Origin: Hormiphora californensis
Taxonomy: Eukaryota; Animalia; Ctenophora
Assembly: GCA_020137815.1 (NCBI GenBank)
Contig: CM035353.1
Coordinates: 6,572,001-6,636,000 of the forward strand
DNA length: 64,000 bases
Direction of reading: 5' to 3'
Positions 1 through 12,800 of this stretch are shown here, piece after piece. Within the stretch, counting starts at the first letter, position 1; every line of letters begins with the position of its first letter. The position numbers and the translations under genes were made by a program. The notes beneath the pieces are model-generated. The model saw only the letters and a program-made list of their open reading frames with translations, was not told the origin of the DNA and did not search any database.

Positions 1-136
1 AACAGGGGCCATATAAAGAAACGGAATGAGGTATATTTTCCAACCGTGCTTTTACCATGTTTCGGAAACAGGATAAACATAGCTTTGATATGGAGTATTC
101 TTTCAGTTTGTATTCAACGTGATTTGTTCGGAGTAA

Positions 137-312
137 CACCTCAGCCTGGTCCCGCCACACCTCAGCCTGGTCCCGCCACACCTCAGCCTGGTCCTGCCAC
201 ACCTCAGCCTGGTCCTGCCACACCTCAGCCTGGTCCTGCCACACCTCAGCCTGGTCCTACCACACCTCATCCCGCTCCTACACCTCCTTAGCCTGGTCCC
301 GCACACCTCAGC
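137..312 (+). repeat. 21-bp minisatellite (CACCTCAGCCTGGTCCYGCCA), about 7-8 copies
   Basis: Tandem repeat seen directly; it explains the TPQPGPA ORF at 46-291. Confidence 0.9.
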
Positions 313-1009
313 CAACACCTCCTCAAATACAGGCAATAGGCATTCAATGGTATATTTAAAAAGCCCAGACAATTAATATTTGGTTCAAAAGTAATTGTTT
401 TTCTCTTTCAGTTTGTATTCAAGAATGCCTGAAAAAAGGACATATTCTGAAGGAAACCCAGCGTGAGTGTCTGATGCAACTGTGTTGTGGGAGATCTGTT
501 TGCTGTGTGGCCCCCAACAGGTAATTATCTTCTGATAAGACGTACACTACACAATGAAGTATATTTCTGAACACACAATGACATTTGTAAGCCCGTGGCA
601 TGCACTGAAACGTTATATCGCTCCAGGAAGTGGAAAAACATTAATATATATATATGGCGTTTGCGGTGGGGGTGCCAGAGATGGGGACTATATTAGTCAC
701 ACCACTCCTGGCAATCAACAGGGGCCATATAAAGAAACAGTGCCTGCTATACCAATGATAGGTAGCCAATCAACAGAATATTCTTTATTTTTAGGCTATA
801 TTTAAATTTACTGTATAAAGTTATTGAAAAAATCTCCACTTGCTGGTGATTGACCATTGTAAACTGTTAGTGTCTCCCGGTGTTGATCTTCAATTTAAAC
901 GGATTGAGGAGAAGCTCTCCGCCACCACCGGCACCAAAACACAAACTGTCTACGGGATATTAAAAGATGCAGTAGAGGCGTGCTCAACTCCGATTATGTC
1001 TCGATAATA

Positions 1010-1268
1010 GAAAAGTTTAGGGACAGCTTCAAAGAACTACTACGTGATTTGTTCGGGGTAACGGAAACAGCAAAGCTGCACACTTTACCACATTACCCCC
1101 TTCATCGAGCACACTGGAACACCCCTTGGACAATACTCTGAGCAGACGGTAGAAACAGCTCACTTAGAGTTTCGAGCGCTGTGGGAACGTTCCTACCAGG
1201 TGAAGGACCACACGAGCCCATACTGCATGCCTCAGTTCTCCAAGGCGGTTAGGGAGATCTGGAGATAA
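1010..1268 (+). pseudogene. Degenerate C-terminus of a Transib/Chapaev/RAG1-like DDE transposase
   Basis: Manual translation gives EKFRDSFKELLRDLFGVTETAKLHTLPH, one frameshift near 1095, then PFIEHTGTPLGQYSEQTVETAHLEFRALW. This fits the T-x-KLH..H..F....LG..SEQ..E..H motif around the catalytic Glu of this group. Confidence 0.6.
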
Positions 1269-2457
1269 TATGTCTACCGTAAATCCTTCAACTGACAACA
1301 ATTAATGTAATATTTGCGGACCTCACAGGTTTCTCCTTTTTGCGTGACCTGTTATACTACTTGCTAGGAATTAACATAATGTCTCCCCGAAACACAGGAG
1401 TCAAGAAGATTTTTAGTAATTTTTTAGTTATTTTAGTTGATCTAACGAGATTATCTTATAAAGTTGCCAATTTCTATAGTTCTGACGAAGGCGTTGACGC
1501 CGAAACAGTTAACCAACCACCGAGTTTACATGTTTACCAACCTAAGAGGCCGCCGGTATTCACTCTTCTTATTCCTGATTATTGAGGATAGGTTAACCAA
1601 GCTTGAGGCCGCTGCCAGCCAAGTACCTAAAACGACAGTAACAGCCCCTCGAGCTCCCAAAGATAGCTTGAGTGACTGCAACAGCTGTGACCGTATACCC
1701 CTTCATGCATGGTACAGAAGAAAGACGAAACAGAGATAGTATGCACACGGTGCAGCTCAGTGGACAAATCGGGCTGGAAAATACCGGGTGACATCCTGAT
1801 CGAGAAAGACGATGAAGAATAACAGATGGAACAAGACGGTGTTTGAAATTTAAGAAAACACATCCTGCCCCAAAACATGTCAAGTTCGCTCAGGCGCTCG
1901 AAAAGGAGAAAGAGAACTTCCCGAAGCTCCTAAAGTGAGGCTGCCGAGATGAACCTGATAAGAACATGCCACAGCGGGATATAAATGTTATATTGATTTG
2001 ATTTGACACGGGTGTTCTTCAGAATCAAAGCTACCGGTAATTTAAACTAAGTGATAAACTAAGTGACAATTATGCTGATTGATAAACAGTACCCTGAAAT
2101 GCTTTGAATCATCAATTACAGCCATTGAATAATTAATAACACATTTCTCTCTTCTGCAGGGACTTCGAGTATAATATTTACAACACCTGGAGAACAGGGG
2201 CAACGATGGGGGACCAAAATCACAGTCAAATAGCTCCCCCCCCCCCCCTCATTCCATAGCCGATCTGTCCCGCCCAATACCCACAATTTGTGGGTATTTG
2301 TTTTGAATTCAGTACTGAATTACCGTGTATTTCTTTGATTGGTATTGAAAGAGATTAAATAAATTACGAGTTTCAAACTTTTCAACACTACTTTAAACAA
2401 ATTAATTTGAGTTTTAGGATAAAGCTGATGTAACAGCCCACGAGGGGCAGAAAGAAA

Positions 2458-3477
2458 ATGGTAAATACTGATAATGAAGAAGAAGCAACTCCTCGGATTT
2501 ACCTGGCAGCTCATCCTGGCAAACCGGCTACTGATATTGATAGGAGGAATGTCAACGACTGCCAAAGTGATACAGTATATTGGGTAAAAGACTTGTTGTC
2601 GGATTGTTCAGGGTTTGGATACAGTAACCCAGAGGCAGTGAGATATGGAACTGGTCCTCCACCAAGGTCTACCTGGGATGATTTAGAGGTTCCGTCTGCG
2701 AGCAAGCTTAATACGCTGTCGAAGAAAAAGCTTTTAGATTTTACTAAGAGGGCGTGTGGTATTTTTCTTGAACAGACATTTCCACTAATTGAAAAGTTGC
2801 GTGACAAGGGTTCTGAAAGTATGATGGTGAGAGAGTGCGAAAAGGAGCTCAGACAACATGGAAAGGAGCTAATTAAAGCTCAACGAGACCTCGTAGCAGC
2901 ACAAGAGGAACTACTCAATATCCAGAGGCAGTTGCTTGAGAAGAGGGAGGTTGAGATTACAGCTGTGCAGTCAACGGCACAGCAAGAATTGAAGAGCTTC
3001 GCATCCGTTTTGGAGAAAGAATGTGCCTCGGCTCTGGCTCCAAGGAAGATTCAATCAGCGATTGTGGCTGCCTCTGAGGACCGTGGGTGCAACATCATCA
3101 TCCATGGCCTGGAAGAGTCAATAAATAGTAGCGTAGAGCTTGAAACTCAAGTTGAGTCTCTTCTTGTTGAGCTAGGAGAAACTCAGAACGTGAAATCAGT
3201 GGAGCGCATGGGAAGGCAGTCTTTAACTGTCAGACCAGTGAAAGTCGTACTGAAGAGCAGAGACGCTCAGATGTCGATCCTGTCGAAAAAATCCCGACTA
3301 AAAAGGACCGGCAAGTTCGATAAAGTCTACATTTCGCCTGACAGGACTTTGGAGGAACGAAATGAGAGAAAACAGCTTGTTGATCGACTGAAGGAAATGG
3401 TTCAAAGGTCTCCTGGAAAACACTACTTCATTCGTGGGAAGGAGGTGGTAGAAGCACCAGGGACTACTGAGAATTGA
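2458..3477 (+). CDS. Non-LTR retrotransposon ORF1-like protein (coiled coil + RRM/CTD, Transposase_22/L1-ORF1-like), 339 aa, intact
   Basis: A heptad-rich coiled coil is followed by CNIIIHGLEE...RMG...RPVKVVL...ILSKKSRLK...VYISPDRTLEER, typical of CR1/L2/Jockey ORF1. Confidence 0.8.
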   Translation: MVNTDNEEEATPRIYLAAHPGKPATDIDRRNVNDCQSDTVYWVKDLLSDCSGFGYSNPEAVRYGTGPPPRSTWDDLEVPSASKLNTLSKKKLLDFTKRACGIFLEQTFPLIEKLRDKGSESMMVRECEKELRQHGKELIKAQRDLVAAQEELLNIQRQLLEKREVEITAVQSTAQQELKSFASVLEKECASALAPRKIQSAIVAASEDRGCNIIIHGLEESINSSVELETQVESLLVELGETQNVKSVERMGRQSLTVRPVKVVLKSRDAQMSILSKKSRLKRTGKFDKVYISPDRTLEERNERKQLVDRLKEMVQRSPGKHYFIRGKEVVEAPGTTEN

Positions 3478-4485
3478 AATTAAATTTGTTGAGTTTAGAA
3501 GTGGTGAGCGAGGAAAGGACAGTTGAGTTGAAAGGTGGTCATTTGTTTGATAGCCTCAATTTATTTTCAAGTTTCAAGTTTCAAGTTTCAAGAGTTTATA
3601 ACACAATACGAATATAATGGGGTTACGGCCTTGTTTGTTTATTTGTGTGACTGAAACATAGCTAAAATCAACTTCTGTTCTCTCATAGAATTGTGATTGA
3701 CAAAAGGACATGCTAAGACACCAGTTACAAATACACATGGGCAAAGGCCGGTTTACAACTGATGGAGTCAACTATGTCACATCACGAAGGGTAACCGTGA
3801 TCAGCATATATATAACATTTACCCAGGTTAAAATCACGGAGAGGCAGGCGGGAAATGAGCCAAAGCGACTAGCGAGATGAGATACTAATGCTGCTCAGTG
3901 GATTGTCAATTTGGAAGATTTATCAGTTGTTTGGACTGCGTCAACTGATAGGTTTGTAGGGTTAGAGAGTGCACTGTGTGGGCCAAGGAAGCACTTTTAA
4001 AAGTAAAGGCTTACCGCGGTCGTAGAGAAAAATGAGATATAAATAACACAACCCACTAGGGACCTAAGGGGTGAAACGGTGCAGAGAGAAAAATGAGACG
4101 TTTTTAAATTTTGTCCATATTTTATTTCTGTTTTTCTAGTTAACGCCGCGCTAAATTGCATCGTTTTGTACCTAATATTTCGCCGCTTACATTTACAGTC
4201 GTCAAATGCGGTGTATTTGAACTCAAACCCCAGTGCGCGCGGTTCTGAAAGAAGAAAATCTTAAAATCCAGAAAGTGGTCGGAAGAACGTGTTTTTTTTG
4301 TCGGAAGAACGTGTCCGTTTGTCTCATGAGGGCTCCCGGTGACATGTGCCTCATCCCAACTTTGTTTCGATGCCTCATGAGCAGTTTCGACCCGCATTGC
4401 ATCATGATCACTTGAACGTGTGCATTGTGGAATTTTTGGCACATTCCAATATAGCGAAAAATCTAATATGAAGGAACACGTGTAA

Positions 4486-4590
4486 AGGGCGATTCACAAA
4501 GGATGTCCATGATTTTTGGCCATTTTTACCACCCCTTCCTCCTTGTCGGCTACCTTCCCCTACCCCTGGACGTCCTTTTTGAATCGCCCC
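4486..4590. mobile_element. Small Tourist/Harbinger-like MITE
   Basis: TIRs GGGCGATTCACAAAGGATGTCCA / TGGACGTCCTTTTTGAATCGCCCC, with TAA on both sides. Confidence 0.6.
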
Positions 4591-4635
4591 TAACTCATTT
4601 TCTCACTCAGTGGTATGCTAACAGTGTTAGCCTAA

Positions 4636-5958
4636 CACTAGAGTACAAAATTTGCTTGATGGTATACAAGACTCTTCATGATCAATCCCCTCCATACATG
4701 TCTGAGATGTTAGTGAAGCGGCCCCAGAAAGTGAAATCACTCCGAGTGGATAATGACGTCACCGCTCTGAAAGAGGTGCGGAGGAGTGAGTACCACTACG
4801 AGAACACTAGAGGCGCTTTCAGTATTGCTGCACCTAAATTATGGAATCAGCTACCACGATCAATCCGGGACTCAGAATCCCTTACTACTTTTAAAACATC
4901 CCTGAAGACGCACTTGTTCTTTAGAGCATACAACCAATGATCGGCAAAATAATTCTCACTTCCCTACATTTGGTACATCCACATGGATTCCTGAGTAACT
5001 ACTGTCTCCAACTCCTATTCCTGATTCCTGGGCTCCCTTTTTCTCGTGTATTCCTTCACATCGATACCTGGGTCCTCTACTCCTACCTCCTCCACATCGA
5101 TTCCTGGGTCCTTTACTCCTACCTCCTCCACATCGATCCCTGGGTCCTCTACTCCTACCTCCTCCACATCGATTCCTGGGTCCTTTCCCTACCTTGCTCC
5201 ACATCGATCCCTGGGTCTTTTCCCAACCTCCTTCACATCGATCCCTGGGTCTTTTACTCCTACCTCCTCCACATCGATTCCTGGGTCCTTTCCCTACCTT
5301 GCTCCACATCGATCCTCTGGGTCCTCTACTTCTACCTCCTCCACATCGATCCCTGGGTCCTTTACTCCTACCTCCTTCACATCGATCCCTGGGTCCTTTA
5401 CTCGTACCTCCTCCACATCGATTCCTGGGTCCTTTCCCTACCTTGCTCCACATCGATCCCTGGGTCCGCTACTCCTACCTGCTCCACATCGATCCCTGGG
5501 TCCTTTACTCCTACCTCCTCCACATCGATCCCTGGGTCCTTTACTCCTACCTTGCTCCTCATCGATCCCTGGGTCCTTTACTCCTACCTCCTCCACATCG
5601 ATCCCTGGGTCCTTTTCCTTGCGCTGCTCCATATCGAGCACATCCTCATTCCTCATTCTACAAACTATCTACAACATCCCTTCTACACGCTACTCATCAC
5701 TTGTTATCACGACAGTTTATTGATTCTGTTTTTTGTACATACAATGTGATATTGAAGAGTGTTTGAATTAGACGAGATAACCCAGCTAGAGGTAGCTACG
5801 GGCGGAAACGTCCGCATGTTGGACATATTTATTTTTAATACTTGTGAACCAATATGTTTAGTGTATTAGCGGGGTGTCAATAATTACATTTATTTAATTT
5901 ATTGACATTATAAATATAATTTTAATCTTGTAATCTTGTAATCTTGTAATCTTGTAAA
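4636..5958 (+). mobile_element. 5'-truncated L2/CR1-clade LINE: ORF2 C-terminus, probable 3' UTR and short-repeat tail
   Basis: EYKICLMVYKTLHDQSPPYMSEML...RGAFSIAAPKLWNQLPRSIRDSESLTTFKTSLKTHLF is the canonical L2 ORF2 end (stop at 4940). (AATCTTGT)4 at about 5924-5958 is a candidate tail. Confidence 0.75.
5056..5625 (+). repeat. About 30-bp minisatellite (CCACATCGATCCCTGGGTCCTTTACTCCTACCTCCT variants)
   Basis: Tandem array seen directly; it produces the overlapping spurious ORFs at 4937-5766. Confidence 0.9.
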
Positions 5959-6044
5959 GTGTCCCTTAGCTTTATAGTAAGGGAATTAAGGGCCGTGACC
6001 GGGAAAAAATTCGCAACAAGCTAATTCCTTCACCAATGTGTCCT

Positions 6045-6891
6045 TAAGGGTCTCCACTAAGCCCCCAGAAAAGTGTAACACGCTGCCGGGTGTGCAACAT
6101 GGTCATTTCCGGGTAGGCGTGGTACCTGTGTTTTGAGGCTAAGACCAAAAACGTAAATACCCTTAGAAAAGGAGTAGAGACAAAATCAAGGACACTAAAA
6201 TGTTCAGCGTCCTCGCATTAGTGGGGGTAGGTGCTGGAATTAAGTCTCTATCTCATCTGGTTAATTAGATAATTGGATAATTAGGTTTGCGCGTAACCGT
6301 TTTTTGGCTGTATGGCTATAGCCACTTAGGAATGGTTTAGGGACTTTTCATTGGTGCCATTTTGTTCAGAAAAAAAATTTAATCTAAGAGTTGTGCAAAA
6401 ATTAAGGGCCTATCTCTTACCGTTTTGGCGTTATTAGCTGTCAAAGTAGGCCAAATCAGCCGAAAATGCCCAATAATGAGTTAATTGGCCTACTTCGACC
6501 GCAAATAACGCCAAAACGGTACGAGATAGGCCCTAAATTTTTACACAATTCTTAGTTTAAAATTTTTTTCTGAACAAAATGGCATGTATGAAAAGTCTCT
6601 AAACCATTCCTAAGTGGCTATAGCCATATAGCCAAAAAACGGTTATGCGCAAACCTAATTATCCAATTTTCTAATTAACCAGATGAGATAGAGACTTAAT
6701 TCCAGCACCTACCCCCACTAATGCGAGGACGCTGAACATTTTACTGTCCTTGGTTTTGTCTCTATCCTATTCTAAAGGTATTTACGTTTTAGTCTTAGCC
6801 CAAAACACAGGTACCACGCCTACCCGGAAAGACCATGTTGCACCCCCGGCAGAAGTGGTACACCTTTTCTGGGAGCTTAGTGGAGACCTTA
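6045..6891. mobile_element. About 850-bp foldback (palindromic) non-autonomous DNA transposon
   Basis: The left half is the reverse complement of the right half (GGTCTCCACTAAGC...GCTTAGTGGAGACC), centred near 6470. Confidence 0.85.
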
Positions 6892-9800
6892 GAGACCACA
6901 AAAATATCAGTTGTATAATGTATATAATGCTGCATGCATCTGAAATAAGTAGAATTCAATAAAAGATAATGTAAAATACACTAAAAAGAAGCCATTTGCT
7001 CAAAAGAGGAATATTCTTGCCTGTTTATATTGATAACAAGCGAGTCATACATCATGAACGGTAAGGGCTCTCTTGTTGACTAGTGGCTTGCCCACCGATG
7101 TTATGGACTCCGAATTCACCATCGCGAAATGCAGGGATGTCAACTGAAAAGTTAAAGTTCACATCAAGCTTATCTACTAGCTATTGCCTCTGCTCAAAGA
7201 AACCTCTCATGGTCGGCCTTTTATGGCAGTTATATAGAATTAGTAATTAATTTTCACGCTATATATAAAAATAAACATTATTTGGATTTAAGTGGGTTAT
7301 TAGGTGTGGCTCAAAAAATCAAATAAAAGCCTCTGATCCACCATGTTATTATAGAACCATGTTATTCGAAATGTGGCCCATAGTCCCCCATAGCACACAT
7401 TTATTGGGGAGTTTAGGGTTATCTCTAATGAAGATCGAATCTGCTGTGTAGTGGAACAGCAGGGATGGTCCGTTCGTCCAAATCCAATCATTGCTTTATC
7501 AGCACGTGCATAATCTAATAAAAAATAGGAAATACTTTAGTCCTGCTATTACTAAGGCATACTCTTGTCTCTTGAGTCTCAGTGTATTTCGAATCCCTCA
7601 CTTCTCGCTGACTCTGTCTCAAAGAGAATCTCCCATTTGCTTCTCATTGGGAAGTGGAAAGGACTGGCGAAATATTAACATAGCGCTATAATCCGCGCGA
7701 TTTTTATCCAATCCCTCCTTTCTTGTTGCACTTGTCAAACTGAGGTGGTTGTGGCAGGGACCCACAGCATCTAAAGGATTTATACAGGTCCAATGATTAG
7801 AAAACCATCAACTCATTTAAATTTCTGGGGGAACAGTTGAAAAAATGGCTTTTACTCACGCGTATCTCCGTATCGTTGTGTTACAATGGACGGCCCTGGA
7901 ACCTGGTCCCTTGGATCGGCCAGGTCTTCGGATGGTCCTTTACCCTGGGCCCTGGAGTTGGCTGGGTGTTGGATGGTCCTGCCACCTTGGTCCCTGGAGT
8001 AGACCTTCGCTGTATTGCTCGAGCGAGCGAGCACTACATTCCAGGTGCCTCATTTTTTTTTCATGAGAACACCAAAAACAGCCTTAATAGCAGCTCGCTA
8101 GTAGGATCACACTGCTAAATATCATCAAAATCATGAGAAGGTAACTCTAGAATCGGTTAGAAGGGGGATGGGGGAGCTTAGAACTATTGTAAGATCGATT
8201 CCTTGTGTTATTGACCATAGTAATTGCAATACATCCCTTGAAGGTCTAAAATATAGTAATTTCAAGAATTAGATAGAGATAAGGCGATAAGATAATCGAG
8301 TAGTGGAACGCGAGTAGCAAACGTATATGATAACGAAAGAACGGAACTGGAGAGGGAGAAAGAGAAAATAAAGTGATTTACTATGATTATGATTTAGTTA
8401 TTACGCTTTATGTCCCTTTATGTCGCTTCCACTATATGTCATTGTTACGCCACTCTTTAATTACTATACCCAGGTTTTCTAGACGAATTCCGTCCCCAAA
8501 GCTGTAGAGCAATTCCGCATGAGAGTAGACCAGCCTTGCCCTGACGTATCGTTCTTTCCTTCAGTTTTTACCTTCTATTCTTTTTAGTGTGTGTGTGTGT
8601 GCAATCCGAGTATTCAGGGGGAGCACATGAAAGGTAAATTAAGTCAGATTTAAAAATTCCTAATGTTCTAAATCATACTGTGTAATATGTTAATAAAAAT
8701 GGTTAGTTGTTCTCCCCCTTTTCGTAACAGTTTATACTGCCATTCTGCCCAGAGGGATTCATCTAGGGGGATGGCACGACGGTCACTTCCTCGATCGCCC
8801 CTGCGATATTGGTCTCCCACCACACCACAAAATACACTGCAAACAAACCAAACGCTCTACACTGCACTTCTCACATCTACGATATATGTCAAACAAAATA
8901 TAAGCCAGCAATATAATATATTATATTTGCCGGGGGTTGAGATTGTGTTCTTTTTAATAGCAGAAACTATGAAAACTGCGGTAACAGCCTGCATAGCTAA
9001 GATATAATAAAGGATTTTAAGATTTTAAGATTTTAAGAGGGTTTAGTACTTTAAAAAAATCAAGCTCCATTTAGTTAAAATAACAATTGATGTGTTGTAC
9101 TACATTTTAAAGTATAATTTTCAAAACTCATTACGACAACTATCTTTCTTCTTTGGTTCACTCTTGACTGAGAACTGCCTGAAATGATGTGTTAAGTTTA
9201 GAAAAATAAATGTTAAAATAAAGTTACAATTATAGAATCTGGGTAATCGTCTTCTTTCATGATCACCGTTGTTACCAGCTCTCCTTCTCTTAGTACGTCA
9301 AGAATACTGTCATCAAATGTAACAAGGTTGAATATATGCCATTAAATTGTCTCTGAAGAATTCCAAACTGATCGTAGCAGATATTCTTGGATGAAGGTAC
9401 CATGATGAATGGGGATGAATGTCCATTCTACGAAAGCAGTTCAGGACTTGGGTTATCAATCGTCTACGATGGGTAGTACGGACGTTACATGATGTCTATA
9501 TAAGAGTTTAGTGTTAGATAAATTGATTAAAAGATTAATGAATTAAAAGATATGGATGAAATACAGATGAAAAACTAAAGAAAACAAAGCTAAATTAAAA
9601 GACTAACCAGTAAAAAATAATAATTGCAGAACACACGAAAATGAGTAAATAAAAAGTCAAGTTGTTGCGAAAATGTAACAGTTTGGACAATGGACATGCA
9701 TGCAAGAATTATAAAGATGGGACAAAAGTATAGAAACTAAAGATGAAAAATAAAGATGCAATTAAATATCTATCTGTAGAAACAAAAAAAGAAAAATTAA

Positions 9801-12800
9801 AAGCATAAATTAAATGATAGTAAACAAGGAAATCTACCAATACATAGCTCTTTTCCTAAATAACGATGTAAAAATATGCTATTAAAGTTTTTCACTCGAA
9901 CGAATGAATGAGCACCACCATACAGAAAGCTAACCAGCTGGGAGGATGCTTCTGACAGGTTATTACCCAGTATGTTTTGCTCCTGGATTTATGTTCTAGT
10001 CTTTGCAATATGCATTGTGCAGTAATGCACAGTTTTCGGTGTTCGGTTATTCTTGCTATGATTACTCGCCATTGTTATGGCTAGGTGAAGGGAAAGGGTT
10101 TTAAAGGGTTTCTTTTGATCTTACAGCAACAAAAAGAGCGTGGTAATTATCGATCAGTCTTGTACGACTCTTCTCGCTAGTACCTCCTCAGACTAAAGGC
10201 ATTGCGAGTAGATGCAGGGTCGGTTCTGGGAAGGTTGGAGGGAAGGAGTTTTACCTCCTCAAATTAGTTTTTGGAGGTAGCCTATAGAGGCCAATACTTG
10301 GGGAGGATGCAACTCCTCCTAGATTCTATTGGTCGGTCGCCACTTTAAGGCGTTCATATTATAACATCATTAAAATTAGCAATTTACCTGTACTATAAAT
10401 TGTCTTTTACTATTAGCATTAGATTGACGTTCATTGGAAAACAGTTGTGGCTGAACCTTAGGTCCAGTGCACGGCTATTTCCACTGAGACCGGGATCCCA
10501 GGCCTCCGTGGAAGTAGGCCGTGGCCTGAATCTGAGGTTCAGGCACGACCGTAAAACGGTGGTATTATGGAGGGTTTCGGGTTGCTGGTAATGATTGTCA
10601 CAGATGAACTTCTGTCCAAGAAACACAAATCTTTGGCGAGTGTGAGAAAAGCAGACTTGGGTGGTGATGCAGTTGACCTCCATGACAAAGACATGTGCCA
10701 CGTTATCAAATATCGTATTGGAGGGCGGTCATCACCAGCTGTGGTCTTAAAGGAGCCACTTTGGCCAGAACTCTTCACCTCTTTAAAAAACAAAGAAACA
10801 TTCCTTCGTCCATGAACACTTTCTTTATAAAGAGAGGAAGCGAAAGAAAGCTAACTTACCAAGATTATGTCAGTCTTTAAGGGGGTGTTGGCAGTTTGAG
10901 TGATAACGGCTTGAGAGGTCCCAATTACCAGAGCATCCTTAAAATGAGGAACATGTCCACATCAGTCATACTTTCTTTTGTAGGATGGATAAAGGTAGTG
11001 GGAGATGTACAGGTATGGAAAATAGCACTTAAAAAACTATTAATTATTAAATGGGGTAACCCCAGCTGCAAACTGTTGAAGTGTATGAAGCTGGCGGGAC
11101 AACTCACCACGGCTTTCTTGTTGCAGTTATTTCGGGAGCCACTGTGATGAGACCGACGCCACATACCCAACTTATATGTGCTATCACTAAGGCACACACG
11201 CCATCGGATTCGCGAACAGAGCGATCTCTGCACTAGAACTCTGGCCTGGATATTGAGTCAACCGTGTTGGTCGACGAGATGAGCAAAGCGCTCTACTAGT
11301 CATTCATAAATATCCACCAAACAACTGAGTGATTACGCAATACTAACAGATATCTTATCCGTTGTTGGGGTGTTATTCCCCAATTTAACATCCTCACATG
11401 GGTGGATAACATATCGCATAAAAACAACCCGGCTACAACGTGAATCCGCTGGAATAATATATAATATTAATACTGGGTATATTATCATTTTTCAAAGACA
11501 GTAGATCTAGGTAGTGTTCAATATTTTATAAAATAAGATTTCATAGAGAAAATCAGCGTTTATCGATATTCTTGTGGCCCAAACTGGTCGCACTTTTAGG
11601 GAAGGTTATGATATCCGTCTCATCCGTAATAGATTCAGTCCTTAGGAATAGAATAAGGTTAATGTTACCCTAGATGCAGTGAGATGTGTCGGTGAAAGAA
11701 AAATAGAGCACATAGATAGGAGCGCCTGAGAGGGGCTAAGCTAATCCAGTGTAGCTATACCTAAGATAAGAATGGATACTGCACTAAAAGAAGCCTACGG
11801 AGCCGAGAATCCGCTCTGTCCTGCGGATATAGAAGCATCCCCGTCTAACGGGAATGCTATCGGCCCTAAGAATAGAGATTCGAAACCTAGTGCATGAATA
11901 GCATCGTACTGACGGTTAGGGAATGAATATAATAGAGAGTGAAAGTAGGACAAATCACAAAGAAACCGGCGATAGTAGGCATATAATCCACACCCCCATT
12001 TCACTGGAAATAACGAAAATGCGTGGGTAGCACACCATCTACTCAAATGTTAAAATAAATTATGGAGGGTGTCAACACAAGATAGTAGTAAGACAACTGA
12101 CAACGGTATAAGGACGCTACGTTGAACAGAAATAAAAAATTCACACAACACAGTCGAGATACGGCCAGTATTTGGGCACACGTTATATCCAGTCTGAGAA
12201 TAATGATGTATGGATAATGCACTTTGCCTTTTTTATGAAATATGCTGAAGTGAATCCTTGAGTATAAAATATAAGTGGGTGGAATTTGGATTTGTTTCCA
12301 GAGCAGGAGATAGAAATATATGTGTAAAGAAGTAAGTTTACATAACTTATATTATCAAACGATGTGTTGGGGGCCGTGAGGAGCCTGTCAATCAACAGGT
12401 TTACTCCAGGGCCGGTTTTAGCTAGCATCCATTTTTCTGTCTCTGTGTGCACACTAAACATAATTGACATATACCACTACTAACACCATCATCACCAATA
12501 TCACCTTGACAATCTTTTGAGACGATTACAAAAGTATACCATGGTCCAGGCTAGAGTAGACATGGTCAAGCAATGAAGCTTTCGAAATATTACCGATATC
12601 TCTAAGACTGAATATATATCCAATCACATCTATCACTTATCCTATAATTATAAAGGGAGATAGGCAGGCGAGAGAGTGCAATTTTTTGAGAATCGCAGTC
12701 TGTTGAGTGAGGGAAGAGGAGTACCATTGTATCAGACTCCGAAGATACAGATAATATAACAGTTATCGATGCGTTAATATATCCCACCTCTCGAGTACAT

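Noticed and set aside
4937-5766. Long overlapping ORFs in three frames
   Set aside because: They are a by-product of a stop-free minisatellite.
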